From: Moniliella sp. 'wahieum'
Taxonomy: Eukaryota
Assembly: GCA_003971905.1 (NCBI GenBank)
Contig: RSEE01000004.1
Location: forward strand, 558,001-622,000
DNA: 64,000 bases
Reading direction: 5' to 3'
The notes under the pieces were generated by a model that had not been told where the DNA came from, ran no database searches, and saw only the letters and a program-made list of their open reading frames with translations. The translations under genes were made by a program, and so were the position numbers. Shown here in pieces: positions 12,022 to 23,913 of the stretch (position 1 is its first letter; each line of letters starts with the position of its first letter).

Positions 12022-13849
12022 AACTTTTTGCAGCCAGGATCGACCTGTGCCCACTGATATGGACCCTTCCATGCCCATCTGCCTGAGGCGGGACGCGCGA
12101 GTCTCCTATGTGTGGTGGACTCGCTGTCGTCTTGAAACTGTGGACAAGGTAATGTCATGGCGATGGTGGATGGTTTTGGGGAGTGTAAACATGACTCCAA
12201 CATCTTCATGCCACATCTGGAAGAGACAGGGGCCTGCACGTCTTGAACAATGAGAAGGGAGAGATATGCACGCGTATTGAGACTTCGGAGGTCAACGACA
12301 AGATGCAAAAAGAGAGGGAGAGTATGTTGACAAACTAAGCGCTCCTTTTTGACGTACGTATATAGTACTTGCGGGGCCGCCAAGGGTCCCAACACTTTCG
12401 ACCACCATGCTGCGTAGTCACCAGACTGACTGCACAGACTAGTGATGCCCTGGCATGGTATGAGCAACAGGAAGAAAATTCGGGCGGCAAATAAGGCGAT
12501 CCACAGCCACCGCGAAAGGCCGACAGGGAGAGGAGAGAGGAGAGGCCCTGCGTGGCTTTTGCGTACACCGAAATCAGCGGCCCAATAAGGCGGGACAATA
12601 GAATGGGAGTTTTGACCGCAGCAATAATACCCTCTTTGGGGGGATGGTACGCTCATGCGCTCATGGCTTGAAGCCGAAAAAAGCCGATAAGGCCTGCGGT
12701 GGATCCACCCGCACAGGCCATCTTGGCCCTTCTCCGCACCTCGGTCCTCCGACGCCGCCGCTGTCAGCTGCGGCGCACACGAAACTAGTCAACGCACATC
12801 CGCCTCACATACATGTCACAACGATGGCACCCTATGTCTTCTTCCCACGCCCATCCGACCCAATAGGGGTTGGAGATTGAAACTTGAAGGAACGTGGGCG
12901 ACGACGCTCCACTGACGCTCCACGCTCAAACCACGCAGCACTCTCTCCCTCAATCCCCAACAATCCGCACGCCACACGCCCATCCGACACGACCACATGT
13001 CCATACACCCGCAGTCTCCTATATCGACACCATCCATCAGCACAGTCTTCTGAGAGCAACTTCTCTGGAACAATATTGGCTTTTTTCTCATCTGTATATC
13101 CCTTGTTTGACACGCCTACCACGTACCACAATAACCAAGAACACGTCGTTGTATACACAGCGCGACGATTCTTCCTCCATCTCTCTCGGGATCCCGCGGC
13201 TTCTTAGCTCCATGACATGAGACGCGCGGCCACCTTCAGGTGTAGGTGTGTTGCTGCGGTGCCCCCTGGTCAGTTTTGCCCTAGAGGAGATGTCGTCCCT
13301 TGCCTACCTCGCGCCCAAAGGGCCGAGAATGTCGGTGGACGACACTGCAGCAATGCACTTTCATCGATTTTCGGACGTTTTCGGCGCCTGTCATTCGTCT
13401 GGGTTGCTATTGGTTCCACTCGCTACACCCCCGACTGGGCGGGAGACGACTGAGGGGAGAGCGTGTCGTGCGACATCATGCATTGATACCTCACAACTCA
13501 AATCGTTCCTTGCTTCTCCGCCCAGGCGACCCTGTGCTGGCCAGAGGCCAGCATGGGAAGAAGGCCCGTTTCTATAGGAGGTTTCCCTACAGCGAGAAAA
13601 GAGAGCAAAGGCCAAGCTGGTATATGCGGGGCCACACCGTATATACTCCAAGATTCTGGGAGGTCTCTATCTTTTTTCCACCACCACTCCACATTTCTCC
13701 CGCCATCTCTCGTCTCTACGCACAACCAACAAACACCCTCCCATTTCACTCGTAATACAGCTCAGTACGTCTCATTCTTCCTTATTTCTTCCATCTACCC
13801 TGCTTTTTCTCGAGACTGATTAATCCTTACTTGCTCTTCACACAGCATC

Positions 13850-14177
13850 ATGCTCGCTCGTACTGGTTTGTTCGCTACCGTCCTTGCTCTTGCCTTCTCG
13901 GGCATGGCTACAGCCAGCGAAATCACGGTTACTACCGTTGGGGGGTCGGCGCCGCGCCAAGATGCGTCGGTGCAGTGCAATGCGTGCGCAGGCGCCCCTG
14001 GCACCTCCTCTCTTACTGTTGATGGTTCGGGCGGATCAACCTGCATGCTGGCCTACTACAGCGACGGTGCTTGCCAGAACGGCATTGGCGCCGTTCCGGG
14101 CCCTACCACCGTCACTGGCACACATCAACTCTTACCAGGCCATTAGCACTGACCCGAACCAGCCGTGCCAATGCTAG
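13850..14177 (+). CDS. Small secreted cysteine-rich protein (about 108 aa, one frameshift)
   Basis: Signal peptide MLARTGLFATVLALAFSGMATA. Six Cys (CNAC...C...C...CQC) when frames 13850 and 13884 are joined. Probable 5'UTR intron GTACGT...CACAG just before the ATG. Confidence 0.7.
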
Positions 14178-14852
14178 GAAAGCTTCATACTATAGGCACA
14201 GCACAACCCCGCCGCGGTATCATTGCTCTCTAATGTCCTGTTGGGGGGCTTCTGAAGCGAACGCCTTGGTTTCCTCCCATGGACCATTGACTTCTCCCCT
14301 TTCCTCCATATCTCTTGCGCTTTTCACGCCCAACAAGAGTTCGGCGCGGCCTACCAGCTGGTACAATCTGGCTGTTTCTCCTTTTTCGCTCCAAATGATT
14401 TTTTCTACAATAGCCATGTATACTAATACATAGTATATGATGTAGAATCTGCCTTTCTTTTCCCATTTCATGTCGACGAGAGGTGCATTCTCTCTTTCAC
14501 ACAACAAAACATATAGTGTGCGTTGGTCGTGCCCTCTTGCGTCGTCGCGCCGGTATAATAGAGAGCTCTTTTGTCTAAAATTATAGAGAGAAAAGACCTT
14601 TCGGAGGAGGATGTTGTAAAGCAGAACTAAGAGATGGCAGCTTCCCTATTAGACAGACTCTCTGCGACGCTTGCACTAAACCACATATCGTTCCATTCAT
14701 AGAGTCAGGGGGCCACATGCCATCTATCGACAAACCCAGGCCAGGCTCTCCATCTCATATCATCACATGTTGTCAAGTACGAAATGCGCTCTGAGGCTGT
14801 ACAGCCTTTGGACCATCTCATCCCCTGGATGGCACTCGAGCATGCTTTCCTC

Positions 14853-16074
14853 CTACTGCCTCCGGAACAGTGGACTACTACCGAGACGCGACGGTGAATA
14901 CGATATGGAACCGGTTACTAAGTTATGGTATGTTGTGCCTGCTGGAGCGGCGGTCTCGAGTCTGTCGACGACGATGGTTGGCGCGGTTCGGGCCAGGGGT
15001 AGGGGGCGAGGCAGGAGCCGCGTCAAAGGGGAGGGAGCAGCCTGTGCGGGTGGCAGGGGCACAGGTAGGTTGTGGGGATCGATGGGCAGCTCAGTGGAGT
15101 ATGCCTTTGCCACCGTTTCGTTCCAAGACAGGTCACGGCATTGGACGCAAACGCGTCGTTTCGCATCGCCCGAATGAGGATTTGGCGCCATAACTCGTCA
15201 GAGGTGGGGAAAGCGGCTTTGAACTGGGCGCGTAGATCCGCAATACCAGCGGTGGTGGGGCCGGAAGTCTCTGTAACGCGGTAGATGTCCTGGGCTTCGA
15301 ATAGGGTCTTGAAGCCATCGGCGGGGCCCATAGTGGCAAAAGCGGCGCTCAGCATCGCGTACGCGGCTGAGGCAAGGAAGGGGGTGCTTTGCAGGACGTC
15401 GCGTGCAGGACTGTTGTAGGGGACGCCAGCATCCACAATGGCCCAAAGAGCGCGGTCGAGGTGAGCGTCGTACTCCGCGGCAGCAGGGCCATTGAGAAGG
15501 ATGTCACGCGCGTTGGGCGTGATGGCAGTGACGGTATATTCAATCAACTGGAGCCAGCCGCGGACAGCCCACGGGTCGGCCGTGCTTGACAATTGCCGAG
15601 TGTCGCGGGTGAGGGAGGCAGCTCTGCTTATGGCAGATCGAACGTCCGAGGTGAGAGGCCATCGAATGTTCGAAGTGAGAGACGGAGCAGCAGGTGCAGG
15701 CTCGGGGAGCGCGGGTTCGAGCGCGGGTTCGGGCGTGGGTGCGGGCGTGCCGGCTTCGGCCACCAGCAGATGGGGAAGTAGGGCCTGGATAGTGGCGTCG
15801 ACAAGGGATTGCATGTCGGGACCAACGGCGGGGGTGGGGAAGTGACCATGGCGGGGGGGGCCATCCTTGAAGCATCGTGGTCGGAGGGCGGTGAGGACAA
15901 TGAAGAGTCGTTGCCGTCGGCGATATCGTCCATCTCGGGGCCGGCGGCGTTGGGTTCAACGGCGCGGCGGTTGGACATGGGGTGGGAGGTGTGGGAGGTA
16001 GGTGATGTCCAACAAGATGGGGGGGTGGTTGCGCTAAAAGTCAGGAAGGCTGAGTGGGATCTAACCAGTAACAT
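14853..16074 (-). mobile_element. Putative retrotransposon gag-like relic (intronless, frameshifted)
   Basis: Pro-rich N-terminus, then a helical region (WAVRGWLQLIEY...LDRALWAIV...AAYAMLSAAFA) reminiscent of copia Gag. Weak PBS-like GGTTAGATCCC upstream on the minus strand. No LTR pair found. Confidence 0.35.
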
Positions 16075-16257
16075 GTCAACCTGGTGACCGGTGATCGCTG
16101 ACTAGCAAAGTGTGATTACGGGGTCTGATTCCGACACGACAGACGAGGGGATAACGATGGCTGTCACTTGCATGTCACTGCCGCTATCACGGGGGCAGGC
16201 TGGGTGGTGCCTCTTCGTGATACCATGAAGTCTTGCATAGCTTGTTGCGGGGTATAA

Positions 16258-16335
16258 GCTCCGATCTTCCAGTGGTTAGGAAGTGGGATTTTGAATTAAC
16301 TTCCCGAAACCTGGGTTCGAATCCCAGTTGGAGCT
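16258..16335 (+). tRNA. tRNA-Gln(UUG) with 6-nt intron
   Basis: GCTCCGA/TTGGAGC acceptor; TGGGA/TCCCG anticodon stem; anticodon TTG; GGTTCGAATCC; poly-T terminator. Confidence 0.9.
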
Positions 16336-16993
16336 TTTTGCTGGCAGTTTTTACTTGCAAGGATGCTGGTTGCGACGACACAGCAGAGGTACTCAGAGCA
16401 ACCCTTTCGCCTTGGTTTTTGCTAAAACGCTGGTTCCGGCAGGGCCTTCAGCTGAAGGGTCAGGCTGTTCGTTCAAGCTCGCTGTTATTGGAAGTGGGCA
16501 GCGTGCAGTTTTTGGCAACTGCCGCGCCATCCCACCGGGCCAGCTATTCCAGCCTATATTATCCCAGAGAGACAGCGCACGCACGCCATATTCCGAGTGT
16601 ATGCATACTGCGTGCTGGCACACGAACCGTTCCCGAGCAGATTTCTACTCAATGAACGCTTGCTGCCGGGAACTATGGTTCCAATATCTGAACTTGTCGC
16701 GCCCAGAGGATGCGCCTGCACCAGTACCAAAGAGAGCAGAATAGAATCAGATGAATGCAGATCTGGACGGCATAGCAAGCGCCTGAAGCCCTCACCTCAG
16801 GCGGGCGAGGCGTCACCTCGACAGTGGAGGAGGATATCAAAGGCAACAAAAAGGACTCAGGAAGACGAATTCCATCAGGGACGGGCCACACACCAGAGCC
16901 ACAGGCTACAGAACGTAGACACCAGGACACGAATGTGAGCCCCAAAGAGGTGAGGGGCCAAGTTGGGAAGAGACAAAGAGGATTACCGAGGCA

Positions 16994-19259
16994 TTACTCG
17001 CGCGCCAGGGCCGCCGTGCCCCCCGGAAGCGAGCCATATTTGCTGCTGAATTGGTACAGTTTCCGGTTCAAATCGTCCAGCAGCTGCGACGCATCTTTCC
17101 CCTGCGCTGCCACCTCAACTCCAACCGATGCGACCGAGGCAGAAGAGGTCAAGCCTTGTCGGGACAAGCCCATCCGACGCAGACGCGCTTCTCGAGAGGC
17201 CGCCTCAATTTGCGCGCCCATCACATACTCTCCAATCGCTCGAATGCGCTTGCGCATCTCTCCCATCGTTGTCCTTCGGGCGGGGAAACGGATCTTGCTG
17301 CCTGGCTCGGTGCGCTTGTCGACTGGTACCCACTTTCCCCTTCTTCACCGCCCCTTCCACCTCGACAGCCTCCTCCACCTGCACATCCGATGGCGAAGAG
17401 GGCAAGACGTGGGCCATGTGCATCAGGTGCTCCGGCAACCCCCACGCTTGGGCAGCGGCCGCCGCCGCAGGCGGCAACTGGACCTTGGCCGGCGCACATC
17501 CCGCGCCGCCGCCGATCCGCGGCTAGTTCCGCGAGGTGCCTTGGTCGGCGAGGGGGAGCTTTCTTGGACCGGAGTAGAAGCCAGGCTTTCTTGGGCCTTG
17601 GTCTCCTTCTCTTACGACCAACCTTGCGTCCATTGGGCTTCTTATCACTCTCGTCCTCTTCGGCCTCGCTGTGGGTAAGGTTGAGTCAGTTACTTCTGAA
17701 AGAACATGAAAAAGAAGCGAAAGAAAAAAGCACAAGAACATAAGGACATACTCTTCTTCTGGGGGCGTGGAACGTTTACGCTTTCGTTGACCCACTTCTC
17801 TCCGCTTGGGCTCCTCCTCGGGGACAGCAGGTTCCTCCAGTAGATGGGCCGGAATAGGTTCCCAGCCATAGTTGCTGTGTCGCGCGAGTTCATCGTTGCT
17901 CTCCGCTTGGGGGAGCGGGGATGGGAAGTGAGGCTAGTGGTGGGCGAGACATTGCGACGGGTAGAGGGCCATTGTTGGGAAGGGGTAGGCGTGCCCGTGG
18001 AAGGCAGGACAGGATGGGCTCTCCGTTGCCGAATGGCTAACTGAACAGCAATTTTGGCCGCCTCCAGCTCAGCTCGAGTCGCCGTACCATTTCGTCGAGA
18101 CGCATGCGGGCTCTTCTTGGAACGTTGGAGGTAGCCTAGGTCGCGCAAAAGGCGAATGTGCAGGTCAGGGCGGCACTGCTCGCAGTAATACACATCCGGG
18201 CACTCCTCCCCTTCCATGCCCATGCAGACACAATGCTGCCAGCAATGGCACGTGTCGCATTGGATCATCAGTCCAATCGACTCTTCCTCGGAACCACAAA
18301 TGCAACGCGTCTCGCCCTCGTCACCTTCGCCCTCTTCGCCCTCGCCCTCGTCCCCCTCGCCCTCGTCCACAGCCTGGGATACTTCCAAGCTGGTGTTCAT
18401 GCCAGATGCGGCATCTTGTGCGGGATCTTGCTTAGGAGGCGATTGAGCGTCAGGGGTGCCCTCTACCCGTCCTTGTCAAAATGCTGCTCTTCCACCTTGT
18501 CCTTAGCGGAAGAGGTGCGCTTGAATGGCTTGGACTCGGCACTGGATGCGCGGGCGGACGAACTGGAAGAGCTCGTATGGGCAGGTGGAGATAGCTGGGT
18601 GCGGGCCCGCCGGCGGGGACCCTCAATCACTTCGCCATCGCCAATGGTGGAGAGGCCGAGTTGAGAAAGCTCTTTGAGTGTCGAGGGCATCCGCCCGTTC
18701 TTTCTTTTCTTGCCTTCGCTGCCCTCGTCGGAATCATGTTCCGATAGCGGCTCGGTCTTGGTGGTGTGGGGGGCAAGCGTAGCAATCGCCACTGGGTTCC
18801 GACTGGTCCTCGGAGAGGGGCTCGGGCTTGGCAGGCTTCGCATCGTGCTCATCTTCTTGGCCCTGCGCGTGCTCCAGGTCGGCGTCAGCGTCAGGCTGGC
18901 CAGGAGAATGGGTGTGGACGTCAGTGGACGCGGAGCGGGAGCGGGGGAGGCGGCCGCAGCGGCAGCAACGCCATCGGCCGTATCGGCATCGGCGTCGGCA
19001 TCGGCATTTGCATCGGCGGGGGCAGAGGCTGCGACGGGGCTGGCCGGCGGGGCAGCAGAAGCAGCGCGCGAGGCAGGCGCATGCTCCGACGGCGGCTGGG
19101 AGACAGGCGTAGGCTCGCGGGAGCCAGCAAGCTCGCCCTCCTCGAGTTCGTGGTCAGACGGGGCATGGCAGGGGGGGGGGGTGGTGGTGGCAGCGGGCGT
19201 CGTTCGACCTTACGTGGCGAGCAGGGCGATTGCATGACAAGACCCACCGTTTCTGCCAT
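16994..19259 (-). CDS. CTI6: PHD-finger protein, Cti6-like (Rpd3L-associated); start approximate
   Basis: TRCICG...MIQCDTCHCWQHCVCMG...YYCEQCRPDLH; KRRATMNSRD; C-terminal GEMRKRIRAIGEYV; intron near 17676-17750. Confidence 0.75.
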
Positions 19260-19888
19260 GGCTTGCTGGCTGCTGCTAGTCTCTGCCGGCGTCCGGCCCG
19301 GCCGAGGAGGAAACGCCAGCGCAGTTCCGCTGGGCGGAATGGGATGGGCCCAGCAAGCCGAGGATGCCGCTCAGGCGCTCAGGCTGATCGATGATCTGAG
19401 CCGCGCTCAGCTGGCCGAGGCCCCCCGCTTGCACCGACTCGCGGCCCAGCCGCCCGAGCCGGCACAGGGGCAGTGGAGTCTGGGAGTACGTGTGACATGT
19501 GGCATGTGTCATCTGACGGATGCATGACGCATGACGCATGATGCATGATCAACCAACCCATGCCGCACGAGTGCGCTGCTGGCGCTCGCTAATCGCGCGC
19601 TAATCGAGCTAATCATTCTCGACGCGGACCTTCTTGAAATGAACATTCGATAGCCCCCCCGCGCACGGCCCTTGCATGCGGCCTCCGGCCTTCTCCGGCC
19701 GCTTGCTCGGCTTGGCCGCCGAGTGGCTTCAAGCTTGACTACAAGCTTCACTAGTCAGTCCACCGAGTAGCTCGTCTCTCCCTCGCCCGCCCAACGCCGC
19801 CTCGCACGACAGCCCCCAGCAGCTCACCCAGCGTCGCAAAAAGAAGCCACCCCCCGCTCCCACGCTCTCCGCCCCCCTCGCCCCCACC

Positions 19889-22884
19889 ATGCCCCCAAAG
19901 CACCAAGCCCGCCAAGAGCAAGAACCGCAGCGGCGCGGGCGCTGTTGGTGCTGCTTCTGCTGCTGCCGCAGCTCCTGCCGCGGCTCCTGCCCCTGCGTCT
20001 GCGGCTTCGGCCGCCAATGTCGCCGCAACTGGCACGGTTGCGCGGGGCCGCAAGCGCGAGGTGCCGTATGACGGCAACCCAGCCACCTCCCCCTCTACAA
20101 GCTCACGTCCAGGTCCTGCTGCTGCTGCCTGCGCTGCTGGCATGGTATGTCGTCCTCGGGCATCACCCTCTTTCTTCACTACAAGCTGCCCAGTCCCATC
20201 TCGATGGAGGCTAGTTCGGCCGTTGCCGCAGCCGGTAAGCCTCCGCCCTTTTCCGAAGAGAATGCGCGCACGGTCATGAGCTACCTGAGCGAGAACATTG
20301 GTTACCGTATCGTCGGCACTCGCGAGCACGTCGAGGCCGAGGACTGGTTGTGGGACCGGTCAGTGCCAAGGTGGGATGGTACCCCAATCCATCCGCTCCG
20401 GGCAAGAACTCGAGCGAAGGTGAGCGTTTTGCAGGCGTCCAAGTTGAGGCCTGGCGCCAGATTGACGATGGATCACACCGCTTCGACTTTATGTCGGCGA
20501 TCGTCCAAAAGAAGTACTACGGCATCTCCAACGTTATTGTCCGTCTCGGACGGCACCGACGAAGGCAAGGTGTGTTTTGCGTTTTCCTTGTGTCTCTGTT
20601 GACGGTAACTGACAACTATCATCTTGACGGGATGGACAGGAAAATGCGGTATTGGTCAACGCTCATCTCGACTCCACCCTCCCTTCGCCAGGGGCAGCGG
20701 ACGATGCGGCGGCAGTGGGAGTACTAGATGATATTTTGCGTGTTTTGACGACCGCCCCCCCTTGAACTGCACCACTCGGTTATCTTCTCTTCAACAACGG
20801 TGAGGAGAGTCTACAAGACGCTTCCCACCTCTACTCTACCAAGCACGAAACTGTCAAATCAGTGCGCGGAGTGATCAACCTCGAGGCCTGTGGCGTAACG
20901 GGCCCGAATTGCTCTTTCAGGCCACTTCGGATGTATTCCTAGAGGCGTATTCCCAAGTGCCGCATCCATTCGGTACTGTTCTGGCTAACGACGTCTTTGC
21001 CACCGGACTTATCCTCTCTGACACGGATTTCCGTCAGTTTGTCCAGTACGCCAACCTAACTGGCCTGGATATGGCCGTCGTTGGTGACTTTACCTCTATC
21101 ATACTCGCCGTGACACGCCTGAGCACATTCCACCCGGAGTGGTGCAGCACATGGGCGACAATGTCCTGTCGCTTATCCGATTCTTGGCTGCGAACAATGC
21201 GACTTCGGCCAAGCCCTAGCGTGGACGAACCGACGCCATTCCACGAGATGCCTTCTTCACTTGGGCCGCTCGTTACTTTGTACTCCTTTCGCCTAACTTT
21301 TTCCGTTCCATCTCGATGGGCACCTCTGCCTGGCTCAACTTTGCCCTCCAGTCGATCTCGCAGGGCGACAAGCCATTCCAGGTGTACATTGCATCGCTGG
21401 CCGCAGTGCTCGGTACCCTCGGCTCGATAGTGGGGGGCATTGTGGGCGCAAACGTGGTGGCGGCACTGATGACCTATGTCTTGCACCGTCCTCTCTCTTG
21501 GTTTAGCCATCCGTGGGCCCCACTGCTTCTCTACTTGCCCCCGGCGTGTTGGGCATCGTGCTCGTCCAGTCCATCATTCCGCGCCTGATCCTGCCTGAGA
21601 ACCGACCGTATATGGAGCGCGCTTCCTTCACGGGTATCACAGCCACCTTCGTATTTACTCTTCTCATTTCCAATGTCTTCTCTCTCGGATCGGCCTACTT
21701 GGCACTACTGCTGTTGTAATGGGGCTGGTCAGTATGGCGTACAACGATATGTACAGATTGGCATGTCCAACATTGACATGCACCGCATTCCGGTCGACCG
21801 GCGCGTTCACTGGTCGACGTACCTTGTCATGTCCATCATTCCTGCCACGATCGGCTTTGAGGGCCTGACGACCTTCCTCGATCTCTTCACTCCACTCACT
21901 GGCCGCACTGGGGGAGGATGCGCCAGCAGACCATATCATCGCCACGATTGTGGGTGGCATGACTGTGCTCTCGGCACCGGCCCTCATTCCGCTCTCGCAC
22001 CGTTTTGGAGCCAAGTCGCGCAAGACAGCGACCCAGATCTTGGTTGGCGCTACAGTAGTCATGATGGCCGTCTTTGCCACGTTCCAGCCGTTTGACCAGC
22101 TCCATCCCCAACGGCTCTTTGTCCACCAAACCCAGAACCTCACCTCGGGCGAGTGGCTGATGAACATGGGCGGTGCCGATCCCGACTCGGCCTCGCTGGC
22201 CAAGGTCATCCGGGATGCGGCCGAACATACGGGCTACATTGGCGCCCTCCCCGAAAGGGTGGAGATGCACCCGTGGAACCCAGACTTTGACCCGCTCTAC
22301 CCCGTTAGCCAGTTCATCGCGCCGTACAAGTATCGCTTGCCCGCACCCGAGGCAGGGGTCACCCACACACCCGAATTCCGTATCACCGTTACCCAGAGCA
22401 TTTGACTGGGACGAGGGCCTGCGCAACGTGACCCTGCACATTGAACACCCGGGCTTGATCTGGTCTGTGGTGGCGTTTGATGCCGACCTGGTTGCGTGGG
22501 ATGTGGGGCCAACGCCGCCGCCGCGCGGGGCTGCAAACGCCACCACATCAAGGAGGTGAGCCGGTTTGGAATCGACTCGTGGGACATCAACCTCCTCGTT
22601 CGCCTTACCGACGAGGCCAGACAGGCAGCGAAGCAGCGTGGTGCACAGCCGCAGTTTACCCACCTCGTCCGCCTCGGCCAGACGCCGCTCGACGACCCGA
22701 GTCGGGCGGATCGACTTTACTGCGCTCGACGAAAGCGGGATGTACCCGCAAAAGGCATCCCAGCACCCGCAGGGCTCCCACGCCATGTCGACACGTTGCC
22801 TCCCTGGATGCATTCCTCCTTGAGACGCACCCTGAGGTGGACGCGATGCTGCTACCCACGGTGGCTGGCGTGGCCCTGGCCTGA
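19889..22884 (+). CDS. M28-family membrane metallopeptidase (ERMP1/Pff1-like)
   Basis: FSEENARTVMSYLSENIGYRIVGT; NAHLDSTLPSPGAADDA; LFNNGEESLQDASH; VINLEACG; SDTDFRQF; then many TM segments. Confidence 0.9.
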
Positions 22885-23189
22885 ACCTACGCCCCGCTAC
22901 AGTCTCGACCGGCTTAGTTGCACCAGAAATACACCCCTTCACCATTTCCATCTACATGGAACTTACAATTTGCCCCCACCCCCATCCGCACCCCGGCGAA
23001 TGCATCTGGCTGTGCGCCTGGGACTGGGCCCCGGTTTTGGCTGTAGCACGACAGAGAGAGCTGTACTCCTGTTGCTAGTTATATATACGACCGCCTCCCA
23101 AGCAGCACAGGGCCAGTGGACGGCGTTGCGCCCGCCGGCATGCATATGAAGCACGGCGCTAGTTTCCGGGCTGTGACGTGGGAGGGGAG

Positions 23190-23220
23190 TGACTAGTGAC
23201 TAGTGACTAGTGACTAGTGA
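23190..23220. repeat. (TGACTAG)4-TGA tandem, member of the TSA-palindrome motif family
   Basis: Read directly from the sequence. Confidence 0.95.
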
Positions 23221-23811
23221 CGAGTGGGCGGCTGAGCAGAGCGCACCGTCCTTTAGTCCAACGAGAAGCATGGAGACGTCGCCACCTCCGCCGGCTAAAT
23301 GTGGGTGGTGGGCGGTGGAGTGGAGCGGAGGGGGCTGAGCGCGCTCAGAGCTCAGCGTGAGCGCTGAGCCTCATCACCTGCCCGCAGCAGCTGGGGACGG
23401 CAGCAAGGGACGGAGGCGCTGTTGTTGGCGGGCTCGGAGCATGCTGCACTGCTCGGATGCCCACCGGCGAATGGGCGATGCAGTGCCACGGCTCTTGCTC
23501 ACATTAGTACCACGCCGCTCCTGAGAAAATATACTCTGCTCCGCCCCCTAGCCTGCATTTCCTACTAACTTTTCCATATGCGTCCACCCCATCCGTTCCA
23601 CCCTTAACGGCATACCCCGCGCCTTCCTCTCCTCCACTCGGCCGTGCACTCCTCTCTCCTTTCCTCCGGGCCCGTGCGCCTCTCTGCAGGCGCCACAGTG
23701 GGCTGGGTTCTCTCTCGTCAAAAATGCAGTGGTCTTCATGGTATGATGTGGTATAGTCTCTTCTGATTGCGACATAATTTTACCCACCACATACAATAGC
23801 TTATTTTGGTG

Positions 23812-23818
23812 TATAAAA
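23812..23818 (+). promoter_or_regulatory. TATA box
   Basis: TATAAAA about 100 nt upstream of ATG 23914, followed by a CT-rich leader. Confidence 0.6.
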
Positions 23819-23913
23819 GCAGCCCCCCGTCCGTCTTCAACCGATCTCTCCCAGCCCCGTCTTCTTCTTCCCTCTCTACCCCCCTCAAAAAACCAGCACT
23901 TCCCCCCACCATT

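Noticed and set aside
12644..13755. Several overlapping 80-150 aa ORFs
   Set aside because: No motif or consistent splice structure; cannot be supported as genes.
23190..23220. TGACTAG tandem as telomeric repeat or cloning-linker contamination
   Set aside because: It is interstitial and one of many spacer variants of the same motif spread through native intergenic DNA.
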